A DNA stretch of 64,000 nt from Candidatus Micrarchaeota archaeon (GTDB lineage: Archaea > Micrarchaeota > Micrarchaeia > Anstonellales > Bilamarchaeaceae). The notes beneath the pieces are model-generated. The model was not told where the DNA came from. It made no database searches and saw only the letters and a list, made by a program, of their open reading frames with translations. The stretch is taken from positions 1 through 64,000 of the forward strand of contig JBFMEZ010000029.1 of NCBI GenBank assembly GCA_040753215.1, written 5' to 3'. A program made the position numbers and the translations under genes. Positions 27,894 through 38,283 of this stretch are shown in pieces (position 1 is the stretch's first letter; the number at the start of each line of letters is the position of its first letter).

Positions 27894-29939
27894 ATGAACA
27901 CCATATTCAAAAATCTGTTCGCAGCACTTGCGCTGCTGGTGAGCCTTTCTTTCTCGTACAACATTAACACCTGCCAGGTGATAACAGCGCCCGGCACCTA
28001 TTTCCTTACGGGCGACCTTTCCAGCCCTGCCGGCGACTGCCTGACCGTGCAGGTAGATAACGTTGACATCATGTGCTTCGACCGCACAATAACCGCGCCG
28101 TCGGACTCCTATGGCATCCGCATAACCGAGGGCAGGCAGAGCGTGCATGTTTACAGCTGCGTCCTTGAGAACTCCGGCGTCGGCCTCAGCGCAGGCGGTC
28201 CCGGCGCGGAGTCTTCCGACATACTCGTAATGAACACAATCTCCCGCAACAACGGATGGGGCTTCGTGTTCGCCCGCCTCACCAACTCCAGGGTGGAGAA
28301 CAGCATCGCTTCCGGAAACCAGCAGGGCTTCTACATGACCGAGTCCACAGGCAACAGCTTTGTATGGAACAGGGCGGAGGGGAACAGCGAAACGGGCTTC
28401 TACCTCGGCTCTTCTTCAGGCAACACCCTCACCTCCAACACCGCTTCTGGCAATGGCAGGGAGGGCTTCGCAGTTGCACTCGAATCAGACAACAATGTTC
28501 TTGATTCCAACACCGCTTCCGGGAACGATGTCGGCTTCTGGATTGGCGGCACAGGCACCCTGCTCCCCGATGGCAACCAGCTGGCCGGCAACACCGTTTC
28601 CGGCAACAACCTCGGCATACAGCTCGTTTTCACCGGCAGCTCAAACTCCGTTTCCGGCTCCACCATCAGCGATAACTCAGGCGGCGGCATAATCGTAAGC
28701 CGGTCCCCGGGCGTGGCGGTAAATTCCAACACGCTCACAAATAACGGCGGCCTGCCGACCAACTACGGCATCCTTCTGTACCTTGCTGATGGCTACACTG
28801 CATCCGACAATTCGGTGAGCAGCTCTCCCAGGGGAATGGCCGTTCTGAACTCGAATGCAGGCAGCCTCGACAACAATTACATTTCCGGCTCCACGCAGAC
28901 CCCCCTGCTCGTGCAGGACTCAACCAGCAACGAGATAATAGGCAACACTGTGGAGGACTCTGCTCCTGTGCAGCTCAGGGGAGACGCTGCGGACACTTCA
29001 ATAATGGAGTTCACAATGAGGGGCCCGGCAGGCGAAGTCATGGTGCACATTCCTGTCTACGATGGCGACTATGACATTACCGTCGCTTCGGCGCCCTCAT
29101 CCGCCCCGGCCGGCTACACGCCGCTCGGCAGGTACGTTTCGGTTGCCGATGTGGGCGGCGCAGACCTGCTCTGGCTCGGCATCCAGTACGAGGATTCCGA
29201 CGTCGGCACCCTTGATGAATCCACAGCCATTGCAATGTCCTGGGACGGCGCGTGGAGCACCCCGGCCCCCCAGAACACTAACATCGCAACCAACACAGTT
29301 GAGATGGAGGACGCGGGCTCCGGAGTTTTCGGCCTCTTTGCAAGGCCCATAACGCCGCCCACCCCGCCTAGCGGCGGAGGCACCGGCGGAGGCGGCTCAT
29401 CCGGGGGCACGACCTCGGGCGGCCGCAGCGGCAACGGTGCCCCGCACGTAGGAGTCCCCTACGTTCCCGGAGGCACGGGCACTACTACAACCACCACAAC
29501 CACGCCCGCACCCAGCTGCACCTCCGATTCCGGCTGCGCTTCCAGCGAGGAATGCAGCTCCGGAAGGTGCGTTGCTCTGGAAGCAGGAAGCTCCTGCGGT
29601 ACGTTCGATAACCACGAATGGGTCGACTACGAGTGCTGCGACTCATCCGACTGCGGCACCGGCGAGGTCTGCAAGGCGAACGAATGCGTGCAGATGGAGC
29701 CCATAGGCACAACCCTCTCGGGCAGCCAGCCCCTCACCGGCACCGAGGCGTCAAACCAGGGCCTCGGAAGGCTCCTCGCGGATGTCCCGTGGTGGGTGCT
29801 GCTCCTGCTCGTCCTCATGATAGGAGGGGGCATATACGCCCGCTACAGGATGAGCAGGGAGGGACAGCCTCCCGAAGAGGGCTCCGAAGAATACGCGTCC
29901 GAGGAGGAGCTCCCTCCCGCAGAGCCCGAAGAGGAGTAA
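27894..29939 (+). CDS. Cell-surface protein with NosD/CASH parallel beta-helix repeats, G/T-rich linker, Cys-rich module and C-terminal TM anchor
   Basis: Signal peptide; repeated NTASGN..GF motifs; WWVLLLLVLMIGG. Confidence 0.88.
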   Translation: MNTIFKNLFAALALLVSLSFSYNINTCQVITAPGTYFLTGDLSSPAGDCLTVQVDNVDIMCFDRTITAPSDSYGIRITEGRQSVHVYSCVLENSGVGLSAGGPGAESSDILVMNTISRNNGWGFVFARLTNSRVENSIASGNQQGFYMTESTGNSFVWNRAEGNSETGFYLGSSSGNTLTSNTASGNGREGFAVALESDNNVLDSNTASGNDVGFWIGGTGTLLPDGNQLAGNTVSGNNLGIQLVFTGSSNSVSGSTISDNSGGGIIVSRSPGVAVNSNTLTNNGGLPTNYGILLYLADGYTASDNSVSSSPRGMAVLNSNAGSLDNNYISGSTQTPLLVQDSTSNEIIGNTVEDSAPVQLRGDAADTSIMEFTMRGPAGEVMVHIPVYDGDYDITVASAPSSAPAGYTPLGRYVSVADVGGADLLWLGIQYEDSDVGTLDESTAIAMSWDGAWSTPAPQNTNIATNTVEMEDAGSGVFGLFARPITPPTPPSGGGTGGGGSSGGTTSGGRSGNGAPHVGVPYVPGGTGTTTTTTTTPAPSCTSDSGCASSEECSSGRCVALEAGSSCGTFDNHEWVDYECCDSSDCGTGEVCKANECVQMEPIGTTLSGSQPLTGTEASNQGLGRLLADVPWWVLLLLVLMIGGGIYARYRMSREGQPPEEGSEEYASEEELPPAEPEEE

Positions 29940-29966
29940 CATCCTCTTTTTCAAATTTTTCTTTTT

Positions 29967-31325
29967 CTATTTATTTTTGTATTCTGACAACAGGTTCGGG
30001 TTTCCGCATACCCATGCAAGCCTGTTCATTGCCGCATTCTTATCCGGAATAAGCATATGCGCGTTAAGCTCCTCAAGCCACGCCGTAACAATCCATGCTT
30101 TTGGCTTCCCCCCATCCACGAGCTTCTCAACCGCCCCCGCAATCAGCCCCGGCGCCTCCATTCTCGCTCCCCCCGGCATCCTTTTCGCAATGCGCAGTAC
30201 CATTTCCAGGGCGTCCCTCTTTATCTCAGCCCTGCCGGCCTTAATCCCGTCAGCCAGTGATGTTACCCTCAAAATATCCGCGATGCAGAAATAAGCGACA
30301 TCCCTGGCAATGTTGTCGTCCATGATTTCCGGCTCGGATGCGGAAATTATGCCCTCCGGAAAAACCGCCCCCAGCACCGCCCGCCTCCTCTTCTCCGCAT
30401 CCCCGCCGTCCTCCTCCAGCATCCTCATGAACTCTTCGCAGCTCTTCGGCTTCCCCCTCACCATGATTGCAGCCGCATCCGCTGCGACCCCGCCCGGCAT
30501 CGAGCCGACCAGGACGTTCATCCTCCTGCTCTCGGCCCTCGGTACCAGGCTGTCCATCTTCTTTCCCGATGGCCTCACCCCGCGCTCCTTTATGAATCCA
30601 GCGCTGGCGCGCAGCGCCGCAAGCCCGCCGCCCATCGCTTCCATGTTCCTTCGCAGCGCCTCCATCCTCATGCATACCTCCTTCGAGCCCAGCGTTTCCC
30701 CCATCTTCCCCACGATATCCGCGACAAGCCCCAGCGCCTCCAGCCCCTCCGCCAGCCCGGCCAGCCTCAGCATCGCCCCGATTTTCAGGAGCGCCTTCTC
30801 CCTGTCCTCTCCCTTCGCCCTCACCGCCTCCTCCTCATCCGCCCTCAGCATGACGCCTATAATCCTCTGGAAATCCGCCATCCCGAAATAGAATGCGTTA
30901 ATCGCCTCCCTGTCCGCAAGTGTCCCCCTTCCCAGGAACTCATCCCTCCTTCCCCTGAACGCAAACATGAAAACTATTTCCCTTCTCCTGCGGCACTCCG
31001 CCTCATCGCAATCCTCCACGAGCGCCTCCTTCACTTCCGCAAGCGACGGCACTCTCTCCCCATACCTCCTCCTCACCGCCGCAAAGGCCGCCTTTTTCAT
31101 TTCCCCTTCCGGCAGGGCATCCAGGAATGCCCTCCCATCACCGTTCCCTTCAGCAAAACTTGGCTCCCCAAAAACAATAGGCGCATCCGCCCGCCCTTCC
31201 CCACTGCCAAAAATCCGTCTCCATAATCCCCTTCTCGGGTTTCCCGCTCCCGGTTTCCGGTTTCCAGTTCTCCCTTCGGGCTCCGCAAACCGCACATTCC
31301 TGAAGGGGTCCGAAGGGCTGCCCAT
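29967..31325 (-). CDS. Hypothetical protein
   Basis: 452-aa ORF with ATG; N-terminus includes translated heptamer repeats (TGNRKPG). Confidence 0.7.
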   Translation of the reverse strand: MGSPSDPFRNVRFAEPEGRTGNRKPGAGNPRRGLWRRIFGSGEGRADAPIVFGEPSFAEGNGDGRAFLDALPEGEMKKAAFAAVRRRYGERVPSLAEVKEALVEDCDEAECRRRREIVFMFAFRGRRDEFLGRGTLADREAINAFYFGMADFQRIIGVMLRADEEEAVRAKGEDREKALLKIGAMLRLAGLAEGLEALGLVADIVGKMGETLGSKEVCMRMEALRRNMEAMGGGLAALRASAGFIKERGVRPSGKKMDSLVPRAESRRMNVLVGSMPGGVAADAAAIMVRGKPKSCEEFMRMLEEDGGDAEKRRRAVLGAVFPEGIISASEPEIMDDNIARDVAYFCIADILRVTSLADGIKAGRAEIKRDALEMVLRIAKRMPGGARMEAPGLIAGAVEKLVDGGKPKAWIVTAWLEELNAHMLIPDKNAAMNRLAWVCGNPNLLSEYKNK

Positions 31326-31598
31326 AATCAGTCTCCAGTTTCTATATCGCTGCGGCGATAACTCCGCATCGCTGCGGCAATGTCCGGCAGAATCTCCCGA
31401 GATTCCGCCATGGCAGAAACCTCAGGGTTTCCGCCATCCGGTTTCCGGTTTCCCGTACTGCCCTGTTCATAACGCGAATTCCCATCCTCCCAGACCATAA
31501 TTATATATTATCCATAACAACAAATAAAAAGGATGCCTCTCCCGCCCCCTTCCGGAAAACCATATAAATGTTATAGAAGATACCACTCCGGTGAAAAA

Positions 31599-32246
31599 AT
31601 GGGAATGTTCCAGAACATGGTGGATGCCCTTTTCCCGGACAAGCTCGTCTCCATGTGCAAGAAGGAGAAGGGTTCCGTCGGTGAAGGGTTTAAGTACCTG
31701 ATAGTGGCCGGCATCGTTTCGCTCGTGCTTGGCTTGGTCACCCGCCTTGTGCTAAATGCGCTCGGCGTGGGCCTTGGAACCGCTGGCGCGGGGGCGGCGG
31801 CCTTCGATGTCGCCACCTACCTCATCGGGGGCGTAATAGCCTTGGTAGTAGGCCTGGTGCTCACCTGGCTGGTGCTGAAAATCGCGCACCTGGCAATCAC
31901 GGCGCTCCTGAAGGCAAAGGCCGGGTTCGGCCAGATGTTCTTCTGCGTCGCGGTCCTGTGGTCCGCGGTGCAGATCCTGAACTCCGTGCTCAGTCTGCTG
32001 CCGTGCATAGGCGCAATCCTGATGATACTGCTGTTCCTCTACTCGCTCTACCTGCTGTTCATGCTGTTCAAGGCGGTGTACGGCTTTGATACCGGAGGGG
32101 CAATCGCCGCGCTGGTCGTGCTGGTCGTGGTAAGCGTCGTGATATACGGCATCTTCGCCCTCGTGGTGATGGCCGCGCTTCTCGGCCTCCTAGGCCTCGG
32201 CGCGCTCGGCACATCAGGAGTCCTGGGCTTCCAGCCGGTCGTATAG
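31599..32246 (+). CDS. Yip1-like multi-pass membrane protein
   Basis: About 5 TM segments; SD GGTGA upstream. Confidence 0.75.
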   Translation: MGMFQNMVDALFPDKLVSMCKKEKGSVGEGFKYLIVAGIVSLVLGLVTRLVLNALGVGLGTAGAGAAAFDVATYLIGGVIALVVGLVLTWLVLKIAHLAITALLKAKAGFGQMFFCVAVLWSAVQILNSVLSLLPCIGAILMILLFLYSLYLLFMLFKAVYGFDTGGAIAALVVLVVVSVVIYGIFALVVMAALLGLLGLGALGTSGVLGFQPVV

Positions 32247-32270
32247 AAGTTTCCGGTTACCGGTTTCCAG

Positions 32271-32325
32271 TCAAACCGTGAAGCCAGGGACGAACAGGGG
32301 ACGGGAGGGCGGCTTCACGGTTTGA
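32271..32325. repeat. Stem-loop element (copy 2)
   Basis: Perfect 15-bp inverted repeat TCAAACCGTGAAGCC / GGCTTCACGGTTTGA. Confidence 0.8.
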
Positions 32326-32371
32326 GTTTCCGGAACTTCCTATTTTTATTCTTTTTTCTCTTATCCTACTT

Positions 32372-32464
32372 ATGGAACTCAAACAGGCCATCGTCATTCG
32401 CACCGACCTTGACATGGGCAAAGGCAAATTATGCGCCCAAGCAGCACACGCCTCCCTCTCCGCC
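32372..32464 (+). pseudogene. pth2: Orphaned, diverged 5' fragment of pth2 (31 codons)
   Basis: [31 protein letters not shown]; 75/93 nt identical to 32610-32702 by manual count. Confidence 0.9.
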
Positions 32465-32467
32465 CGG

Positions 32468-32559
32468 AAAAACGCGGGGGAAGCGTCCCCCCCATTTTTA
32501 CCGGTCATTCTGACCCCCCTCCACTTCCCTTAGCCATCCTTGGCACGCCTCCTTACGCA
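32468..32559 (+). repeat. Family B element (AAAAACGCGG-hairpin-CATTTT...CTGACCCCCCTCCACTTC...CTCCTTACGCA)
   Basis: Close matches at 50457-50550 and 60776-60835. Confidence 0.88.
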
Positions 32560-32609
32560 CCTCCGCGCATCTAATATCAATATATATCTATCATAACCAA
32601 TCATTACTT

Positions 32610-32954
32610 ATGGAACTAAAACAGGCTATCGTTATCCGCACAGACCTCGGCATGGGGAAAGGAAAATTGGCTGTACAAGTGGCGCACGCCTCCCTCTCCG
32701 CCTACAAGAAGGTTTCCCCGAAAATCCGCGACGAGTGGGAGCGCACCGGAATGAAAAAAATAGTCCTCAAAGTAAATTCCGAATCCGAGCTCTTCAAATA
32801 CTTTGAGGAATGCCGGCGCGCAGGAATCCCCTGCTCCCTCATCCAGGATGCCGGCCTCACCCAAATCCCCTCCGGCTCGCCAACCTGCTTCGGTGCGGGC
32901 CCCTGGGATGCGGAAGGGCTGGACAAAATCCTCGGCAGACTAAAGTTATTATAA
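32610..32954 (+). CDS. pth2: Peptidyl-tRNA hydrolase Pth2
   Basis: MGKGKLAVQVAHA, KKIVLK, DAGLTQ. Confidence 0.96.
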   Translation: MELKQAIVIRTDLGMGKGKLAVQVAHASLSAYKKVSPKIRDEWERTGMKKIVLKVNSESELFKYFEECRRAGIPCSLIQDAGLTQIPSGSPTCFGAGPWDAEGLDKILGRLKLL

Positions 32955-32977
32955 ACCTTATTTACTCATCCCTTCCT

Positions 32978-33493
32978 ATGCTCCTCTCAAACACCGACAT
33001 AAGGGAATACCTGAGGAAGGGGAGGATAAAAATCCGCCCCCTCAAAGAAGAGCAGATCGGCTCGGCCTCCGTTGATTTGACCCTCGGGAGAAAATTCTGG
33101 CTCTTCAAGAAGCAGTTCATAAGGAAGAGGGTGGACCTCTCAAAGGTTGATTCCAAGGCAGCAACGCGCGTCTTGCACACGAATTCCGTTTCCCTTGCTC
33201 CCGGCGGGATGTGCCTCGGCATAACCCAGGAAAGAATTACCCTCGCCCCAGATATAATGGGCCGCCTTGAGGGCCGCAGCCGCTACGCCCGCATGGGCCT
33301 TGGGGTGCACATCACCTCCGCCATCGTGCAGCCCGGCTCGGACAACCACCAGGTCCTTGAAATAGTAAACAACGCCCCCTTCACCTCTGTCCTCCATTCC
33401 GGGATGCGCATCTCCCAGATAGTGTTCTACCAGCTACGCTCGCCCAGCACGCTCCCCTACGCAAAATTCGGCAAGCTCGCCCGCAGGCAATAA
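32978..33493 (+). CDS. dcd: dCTP deaminase
   Basis: ASVDLTLG, EGRSRYARMGL, GMRISQ. Confidence 0.9.
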   Translation: MLLSNTDIREYLRKGRIKIRPLKEEQIGSASVDLTLGRKFWLFKKQFIRKRVDLSKVDSKAATRVLHTNSVSLAPGGMCLGITQERITLAPDIMGRLEGRSRYARMGLGVHITSAIVQPGSDNHQVLEIVNNAPFTSVLHSGMRISQIVFYQLRSPSTLPYAKFGKLARRQ

Positions 33494-33545
33494 GATTATA
33501 TAACCCGAAGACGCGCACGCGGGCGGAATCCGCATCGCCCAAGCC

Positions 33546-35288
33546 TCATTTATACACAACAATCTTCTTTATCTCCGCAAGCAGCTCCTTCTCATTCTCA
33601 CTTAGAGAATTTACCCGTTCTTCCCATTTGAAAACCTGCCCCTTCCCCATCGCCGTATAAAGCACATCCCCTTCCTTAACGTCCTTCCCGAGCACAATCT
33701 CATCCGATGAAACCGCCACTTTCGCCCCGCTCTCCGCCTCTTCTATCGATTTCCCTTCGCTCTGTATTCCTTTTACCTCCCCGACATCCGCCCCTTCCGC
33801 GCTCATGAGCCTTACCCCCCTCTTCAGCTTCCCCGCCTCCACCTCAATCCCGAAAACCGCGGGCTTGCTCAGCCTGAAGAAGAACCCCTTCAGCACCTTT
33901 ATCCTCGCGGGCCACGGCAGCTCCGCCTCCAGCTCCCTCTTCTCCCTCCCCCTCTCCTCCGCCTTCCATGCCTCGTAATCCTCTATGAACTTGTAAATCA
34001 CGTTGCTCCAGATGATGGGGACTCCCCCCGCCTCGGCCTCGCTTCTCGCCTCGTCCATGACCTCCACGTTGAACCCGAAAATAACCCCGTCATACCTGTT
34101 CTCCGCCCTCACCGCCTTTGCCGCAGCCACGTCCGCCCTAGCCACAGCCCCGATATCCGCCTTCCTCACCTTTATCCCGTTCTTCGCAAAAAGCGCAAGT
34201 ATCGCCTCTATGCTTCCCAGCGAATCCGCCTTCACTATCACCCCCTCCTCCCCGCTTTCAAACAGCAGCTGCTTCGCCTGCGCCTCTATCTCCCTCTTCT
34301 GCTCCTCAAAATCCTTCACCACGTAAAGGGGCGAGCCCGGAATCACGCCCTCCAGGTCCGGCGCCAGTATTTTCACTCCAGCCGCCGCCTCTATATTATC
34401 CAGATAGGTGTATTTCTCCTTCGCGCCCTTCGCCAGGTTCGGCTCAAGCAGCGCCCTCACTTTTGTTTTCCTCACCCCGCCCCTGGCAAGAAATACTATC
34501 TCATCCCCCTTCGCAATCACGCCATCGTACAGCACCACGTCCACGGTGCTCCCCAGCCCCTTCTCCTCCTTAACCTCCAGCACTGTCGCCTTCCCCTTCC
34601 CCAATCCCAATTCCAATCTCTTCTCCATGAATTTCTGGCTAAGCCCCGCAATCAAGAGCAGAAGCTCCGCCAGCCCCTCCCTCGTCTTCGCGCTGAGCGG
34701 TATGATCGCCACCTGCTTCCTGAAATCCGCAATCCTGTCAAACCTCTCGCAATCAAACCCGTGCGTCGAGAGCGCCCCCATCAGCTCATAGATTTTCGCA
34801 TCCACCGCCTCCTGCACGTGCGGCGGCTGGTTCGCGAATGATTTCAGGAAGGAGTCCGTGCCCTGCTTCTTCCACCCATGAATCAAATCTATTTTATTCG
34901 CCGCCACCACAAAAGGGGTTTTGCACTGCTTGAGTATGCGTATGCTCTCAATCGTCTGCGGCTGGAACCCCTGCGCCATGTCCACTACGAGAATGGCCAT
35001 GTCCGCGATGCTCCCGCCCCTCTCCCTCAGATTCGTAAATGCCTCATGCCCCGGCGTATCAATAAACAGCAATCCCGGAATCCCGATTTTTATCTTCATT
35101 ATTTCCGCAACCGGCGCAGAGGTCTTCTCTATGGCTTCGCGGGGCAGGTAGCTCGCCCCAATCATCTGTGTTATCGCTCCCGCCTCCTTCGCCGCGACGG
35201 CGGTACCCCTAACCGCGTCGAGAAGTGTGGTCTTCCCATGGTCCACATGCGCAAGCAAAACAATAATCGGGGACCTCAGCTTTGCCAT
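33546..35288 (-). CDS. infB: Translation initiation factor aIF5B (IF-2)
   Basis: HVDHGKTT, ITQMIGA, DTPGHEAF, NKID. Confidence 0.97.
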   Translation of the reverse strand: MAKLRSPIIVLLAHVDHGKTTLLDAVRGTAVAAKEAGAITQMIGASYLPREAIEKTSAPVAEIMKIKIGIPGLLFIDTPGHEAFTNLRERGGSIADMAILVVDMAQGFQPQTIESIRILKQCKTPFVVAANKIDLIHGWKKQGTDSFLKSFANQPPHVQEAVDAKIYELMGALSTHGFDCERFDRIADFRKQVAIIPLSAKTREGLAELLLLIAGLSQKFMEKRLELGLGKGKATVLEVKEEKGLGSTVDVVLYDGVIAKGDEIVFLARGGVRKTKVRALLEPNLAKGAKEKYTYLDNIEAAAGVKILAPDLEGVIPGSPLYVVKDFEEQKREIEAQAKQLLFESGEEGVIVKADSLGSIEAILALFAKNGIKVRKADIGAVARADVAAAKAVRAENRYDGVIFGFNVEVMDEARSEAEAGGVPIIWSNVIYKFIEDYEAWKAEERGREKRELEAELPWPARIKVLKGFFFRLSKPAVFGIEVEAGKLKRGVRLMSAEGADVGEVKGIQSEGKSIEEAESGAKVAVSSDEIVLGKDVKEGDVLYTAMGKGQVFKWEERVNSLSENEKELLAEIKKIVVYK

Positions 35289-36097
35289 CTCAATCAACTG
35301 CACACAATGTTCGTTAACGAACAGTTATAGAAATAGAAGTCGTTCGAATAAGTTAAAAAGCAATAAGAAAAAGCGTAAGAGTTCAAGATTTTCCCGAGAC
35401 CGTAACGATTTTTGTTGAAACAGTATAAAGCCAGCCTGACCAAAGAGTTTGGCTGACCGATAAGGAGGTTTCAACTATGGAAGAATTGATTACCAAGGAA
35501 CGCGCCAGAGCGTTCATTAAGGCGAATAAGATTACGAATGCCGCCCAATGGGAGGAAGCCATCCTGGCAAGTGGCAAGGCCGTCATAGAGGCCATGCTTG
35601 AGGCTGAGCGGGACCAGCAGCTTGGCTATGCCAGGAACGACGTCAAAAACAAGGATACGGATAATTCCAGGAATGGGTATAGCCAGAAGATAATCCGTTC
35701 CAGATTGGGGCAGATGTGCCTCGGCATACCTCGGAATACCCATGGTGAGTTTGAACCTACAATAGTGAAGAAACACGAAAGGGAGATTTCCCATGAGGTT
35801 GAGAATGCCATCCTCCTGCTATACGCCAAGGGCTTGTCGATGCACGACATCACCTCATATATGGAAAAAATATACAAGGTGCCGGTTTCCGCTGAGACAA
35901 TCAGCCGGATAACCGACAAGGTGCTGCCTGCGGCCAATGCCTGGCAGAACCGGCCTCTGGATGACGTCTATCCTATCATTTACCTGGATGGAATCGTTTT
36001 CCACGTTAACCAGGATGGGAGGATCGCAAGGAAGACTCTTGGACTGAACCCCTGTTAGCGTACCAACAGTTAAGAGACAAAGTGGGGTGTAAAGTCC

Positions 36098-36403
36098 ATG
36101 AAAAAGAGGGTGTATCCAAGAGAAACCAAGATAGCGGTGTTGAATGAGCTCCAGGCAGGAAGATCGGTTGCAGAGCTGTGCAGGAAATACGAGATAAATG
36201 CCAACCTCATTTACCGTTGGAAATGCGATTATAAGAAAGATCCAGAACGCGCATTTTCTGGCAAAGGAAACATAAGTACTGCCGAGGCAAGGATTGCCCA
36301 GTACGAGAGGCTCGTAGGGCAGCTCTACGCCGAAAACCGGCTTTTAAAAAAAGCCTTGGAAAGGTTAGAGCGGCTGAAGGCCGAGCAGAAGCTAAGGGGT
36401 TGA
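36098..36403 (+). CDS. IS3 transposase OrfA (HTH)
   Basis: SVAELCRKYEI...YRWK; A7 slippery run near 36346-36352. Confidence 0.9.
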   Translation: MKKRVYPRETKIAVLNELQAGRSVAELCRKYEINANLIYRWKCDYKKDPERAFSGKGNISTAEARIAQYERLVGQLYAENRLLKKALERLERLKAEQKLRG

Positions 36404-37275
36404 TACCGATGTTTTACGAAACCATAAAGGAGGAAAAACGCTCAATAGCCCTTAGGCCAGCTTGCAGGGCACTTGGTGTGAGCAGGAGCGGCTATCTCGA
36501 CTGGGAAAAACGAAAGCCAAGGCAAACATCGGCTGAAGATCAAAAAATCCTCAGCCATATGCAGTCCATTGCTGAGGAGTTTGGATACTATGGATATCGA
36601 CGTATAACCAAGGCACTTAGGCGACAGGGAGTTGTTGTGAATCATAAGAGAGTGCTTAGGATGATGAGGGAGAATAGCCTGACGATAAAAATGAAGAAGT
36701 TCAAGCCAAGAACAACAGACTCAAGCCACTCTCTGCCGTCATTCCCAAACCTTGCAAAGGGTTTGGTGGTAGACCATATCAACCAGTTATGGGTAGCGGA
36801 TATAACCTATGTTCCACTCGACGATATTTTTCTTTACCTGGCCTTGTTGATGGACGTATTCAGCAGGAAGATCGTGGGATGGCAGTTGGGCCGGAATATT
36901 GATACGGAGCTGTGCCTCGATGCATTGAAAAGGGCGTTTGCATCGAGAAGGGGAATGGACCTGGGCGGCCTGATCCATCACTCTGACCACGGGAGCCAAT
37001 ACCTTTCCAAGGAATACATATCCCAATTGAAAAACAGGGGCATCCAGTCCAGTACAGGAGAAACAGGCGTTGCTTACGACAACGCCTTTGCTGAGGCGGT
37101 AAACAAACTGGTCAAATACGACGAAGTTTACAGGTCCAAATATGAGTCTTTTGAAGATGCGTATCTCGGAATCAAAAAATACGTGGGGGTGTACAACAAG
37201 AAGAGGCTTCATTCGGGCATAGGATATTTGCCGCCGGATGAGTTTGAGAAAGCATTAAAAAATTCTCTTATCTAG
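36400..37275 (+). CDS. IS3 transposase OrfB (DDE integrase core)
   Basis: YGYRRI, WVADITY, HHSDHGSQY, DNAFAE, RLHSGIGY. Confidence 0.93.
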   Translation: MIPMFYETIKEEKRSIALRPACRALGVSRSGYLDWEKRKPRQTSAEDQKILSHMQSIAEEFGYYGYRRITKALRRQGVVVNHKRVLRMMRENSLTIKMKKFKPRTTDSSHSLPSFPNLAKGLVVDHINQLWVADITYVPLDDIFLYLALLMDVFSRKIVGWQLGRNIDTELCLDALKRAFASRRGMDLGGLIHHSDHGSQYLSKEYISQLKNRGIQSSTGETGVAYDNAFAEAVNKLVKYDEVYRSKYESFEDAYLGIKKYVGVYNKKRLHSGIGYLPPDEFEKALKNSLI

Positions 37276-38283
37276 TGGTACGCTGGAAGGGGTGCAGTCC
37301 AGCATGTTGTATATGGCATCACAATCTCAGGCAGGAAGGAGATCCTTGGCATCTGGATAGGGGAGGCGGAATCTTCGAAATTCTGGGCCAAGGTATTGAT
37401 GGACCTACGCAACAGGGGGGTGAAGGACATCCTTATCGCAGCCGTAGATGGGCTTAACGGCTTCTCTGAGGCCATCAGTTCGATCTTCCCCCAGGCTGAG
37501 ATACAGAAGTGCATCGTGCACCAGATAAGGACTTCGTGCAAGTTTGTGAGCTACAAGGACCTCAAGCTGTTCTGCACCGGCATGAAACCGATCTACCATG
37601 CCCCCAATGAGCAGGCAGGGCTGGCTGCGCTGGCTGAGTTTGAGAAGAACTGGGGCAAGAAATATCCGTATGCCATCAAGAGCTGGAAGGAGAACTGGGC
37701 GTCATTGGCGACGTTCTACAAGTACCCGGAGGAGATACGGCGCCTTATCTATACGACGAATCCCATAGAGGGATTGAACCGCAGGCTGAGGAAGGTCACC
37801 AAGACCAAAGGTTCCTTCCCTTCGGATGATGCACTCTTCAAGCTGCTTTATTTGGTGGTTGAGGACGTAAGCAGAAAATGGACAATGCCGATTGACAACT
37901 GGGGGCTCATCCTCCAGCAGCTGAACCTGTACTTTGGGGAACGGATGGGTGCATATGCAGACTGCGTAATTCCAGGCATGTTGCCGGCATCCGCGGTTAG
38001 CGGATGCACTGTCCCGCTAGCGCGCGGGACGAACGAACGCTTATATTTTTTGTGTTCGAACGCTTGTTTGCGGACGAAACGCGAGCGCGAGATCAGTTTT
38101 TGGTTTTGCGAACGCGAGCGGACGAGCGAAGCGAAAGGCGTTTCAACAAAAATTATGACGGACCCCCTGCGCCAATCTATGGCACAACCTATTCAACCTC
38201 TATGCCGCTTAATTCTGTCCCACAGCCGGTTTTGGCATTGGCCGCGCAGGCTTGGACGCAGACCCACGCCGTAGCCATTAACA

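Larger units (their letters stand above)
36040..37301 (+). mobile_element. IS3 family element
   Basis: TG...CA ends; IRs TGGACTGAACCCCTGTTAGCGTACCA / TGGTACGCTGGAAGGGGTGCAGTCCA. Confidence 0.93.
35396..38165 (+). mobile_element. IS256 family element interrupted by an IS3 element
   Basis: Imperfect 26-bp terminal IRs (GAGACCGTAACGATTTTTGTTGAAAC / GTTTCAACAAAAATTATGACGGACCC); transposase halves at 35477-36039 and from 37302. Confidence 0.88.
35477..38274 (+). pseudogene. IS256 (mutator-type) transposase, split by the IS3 insertion
   Basis: NSRNGY, YLDGI; DGLNG, QKCIVHQIR, IYTTNPIEGLN. Confidence 0.9.

Noticed and set aside
37960..38274. C-terminal ~100 aa of the IS256 ORF as a real domain
   Set aside because: It follows the usual FGER-like end, is repeat-like (GCGAGCG/GCGAAGCG) and runs through the right IR; most likely read-through.
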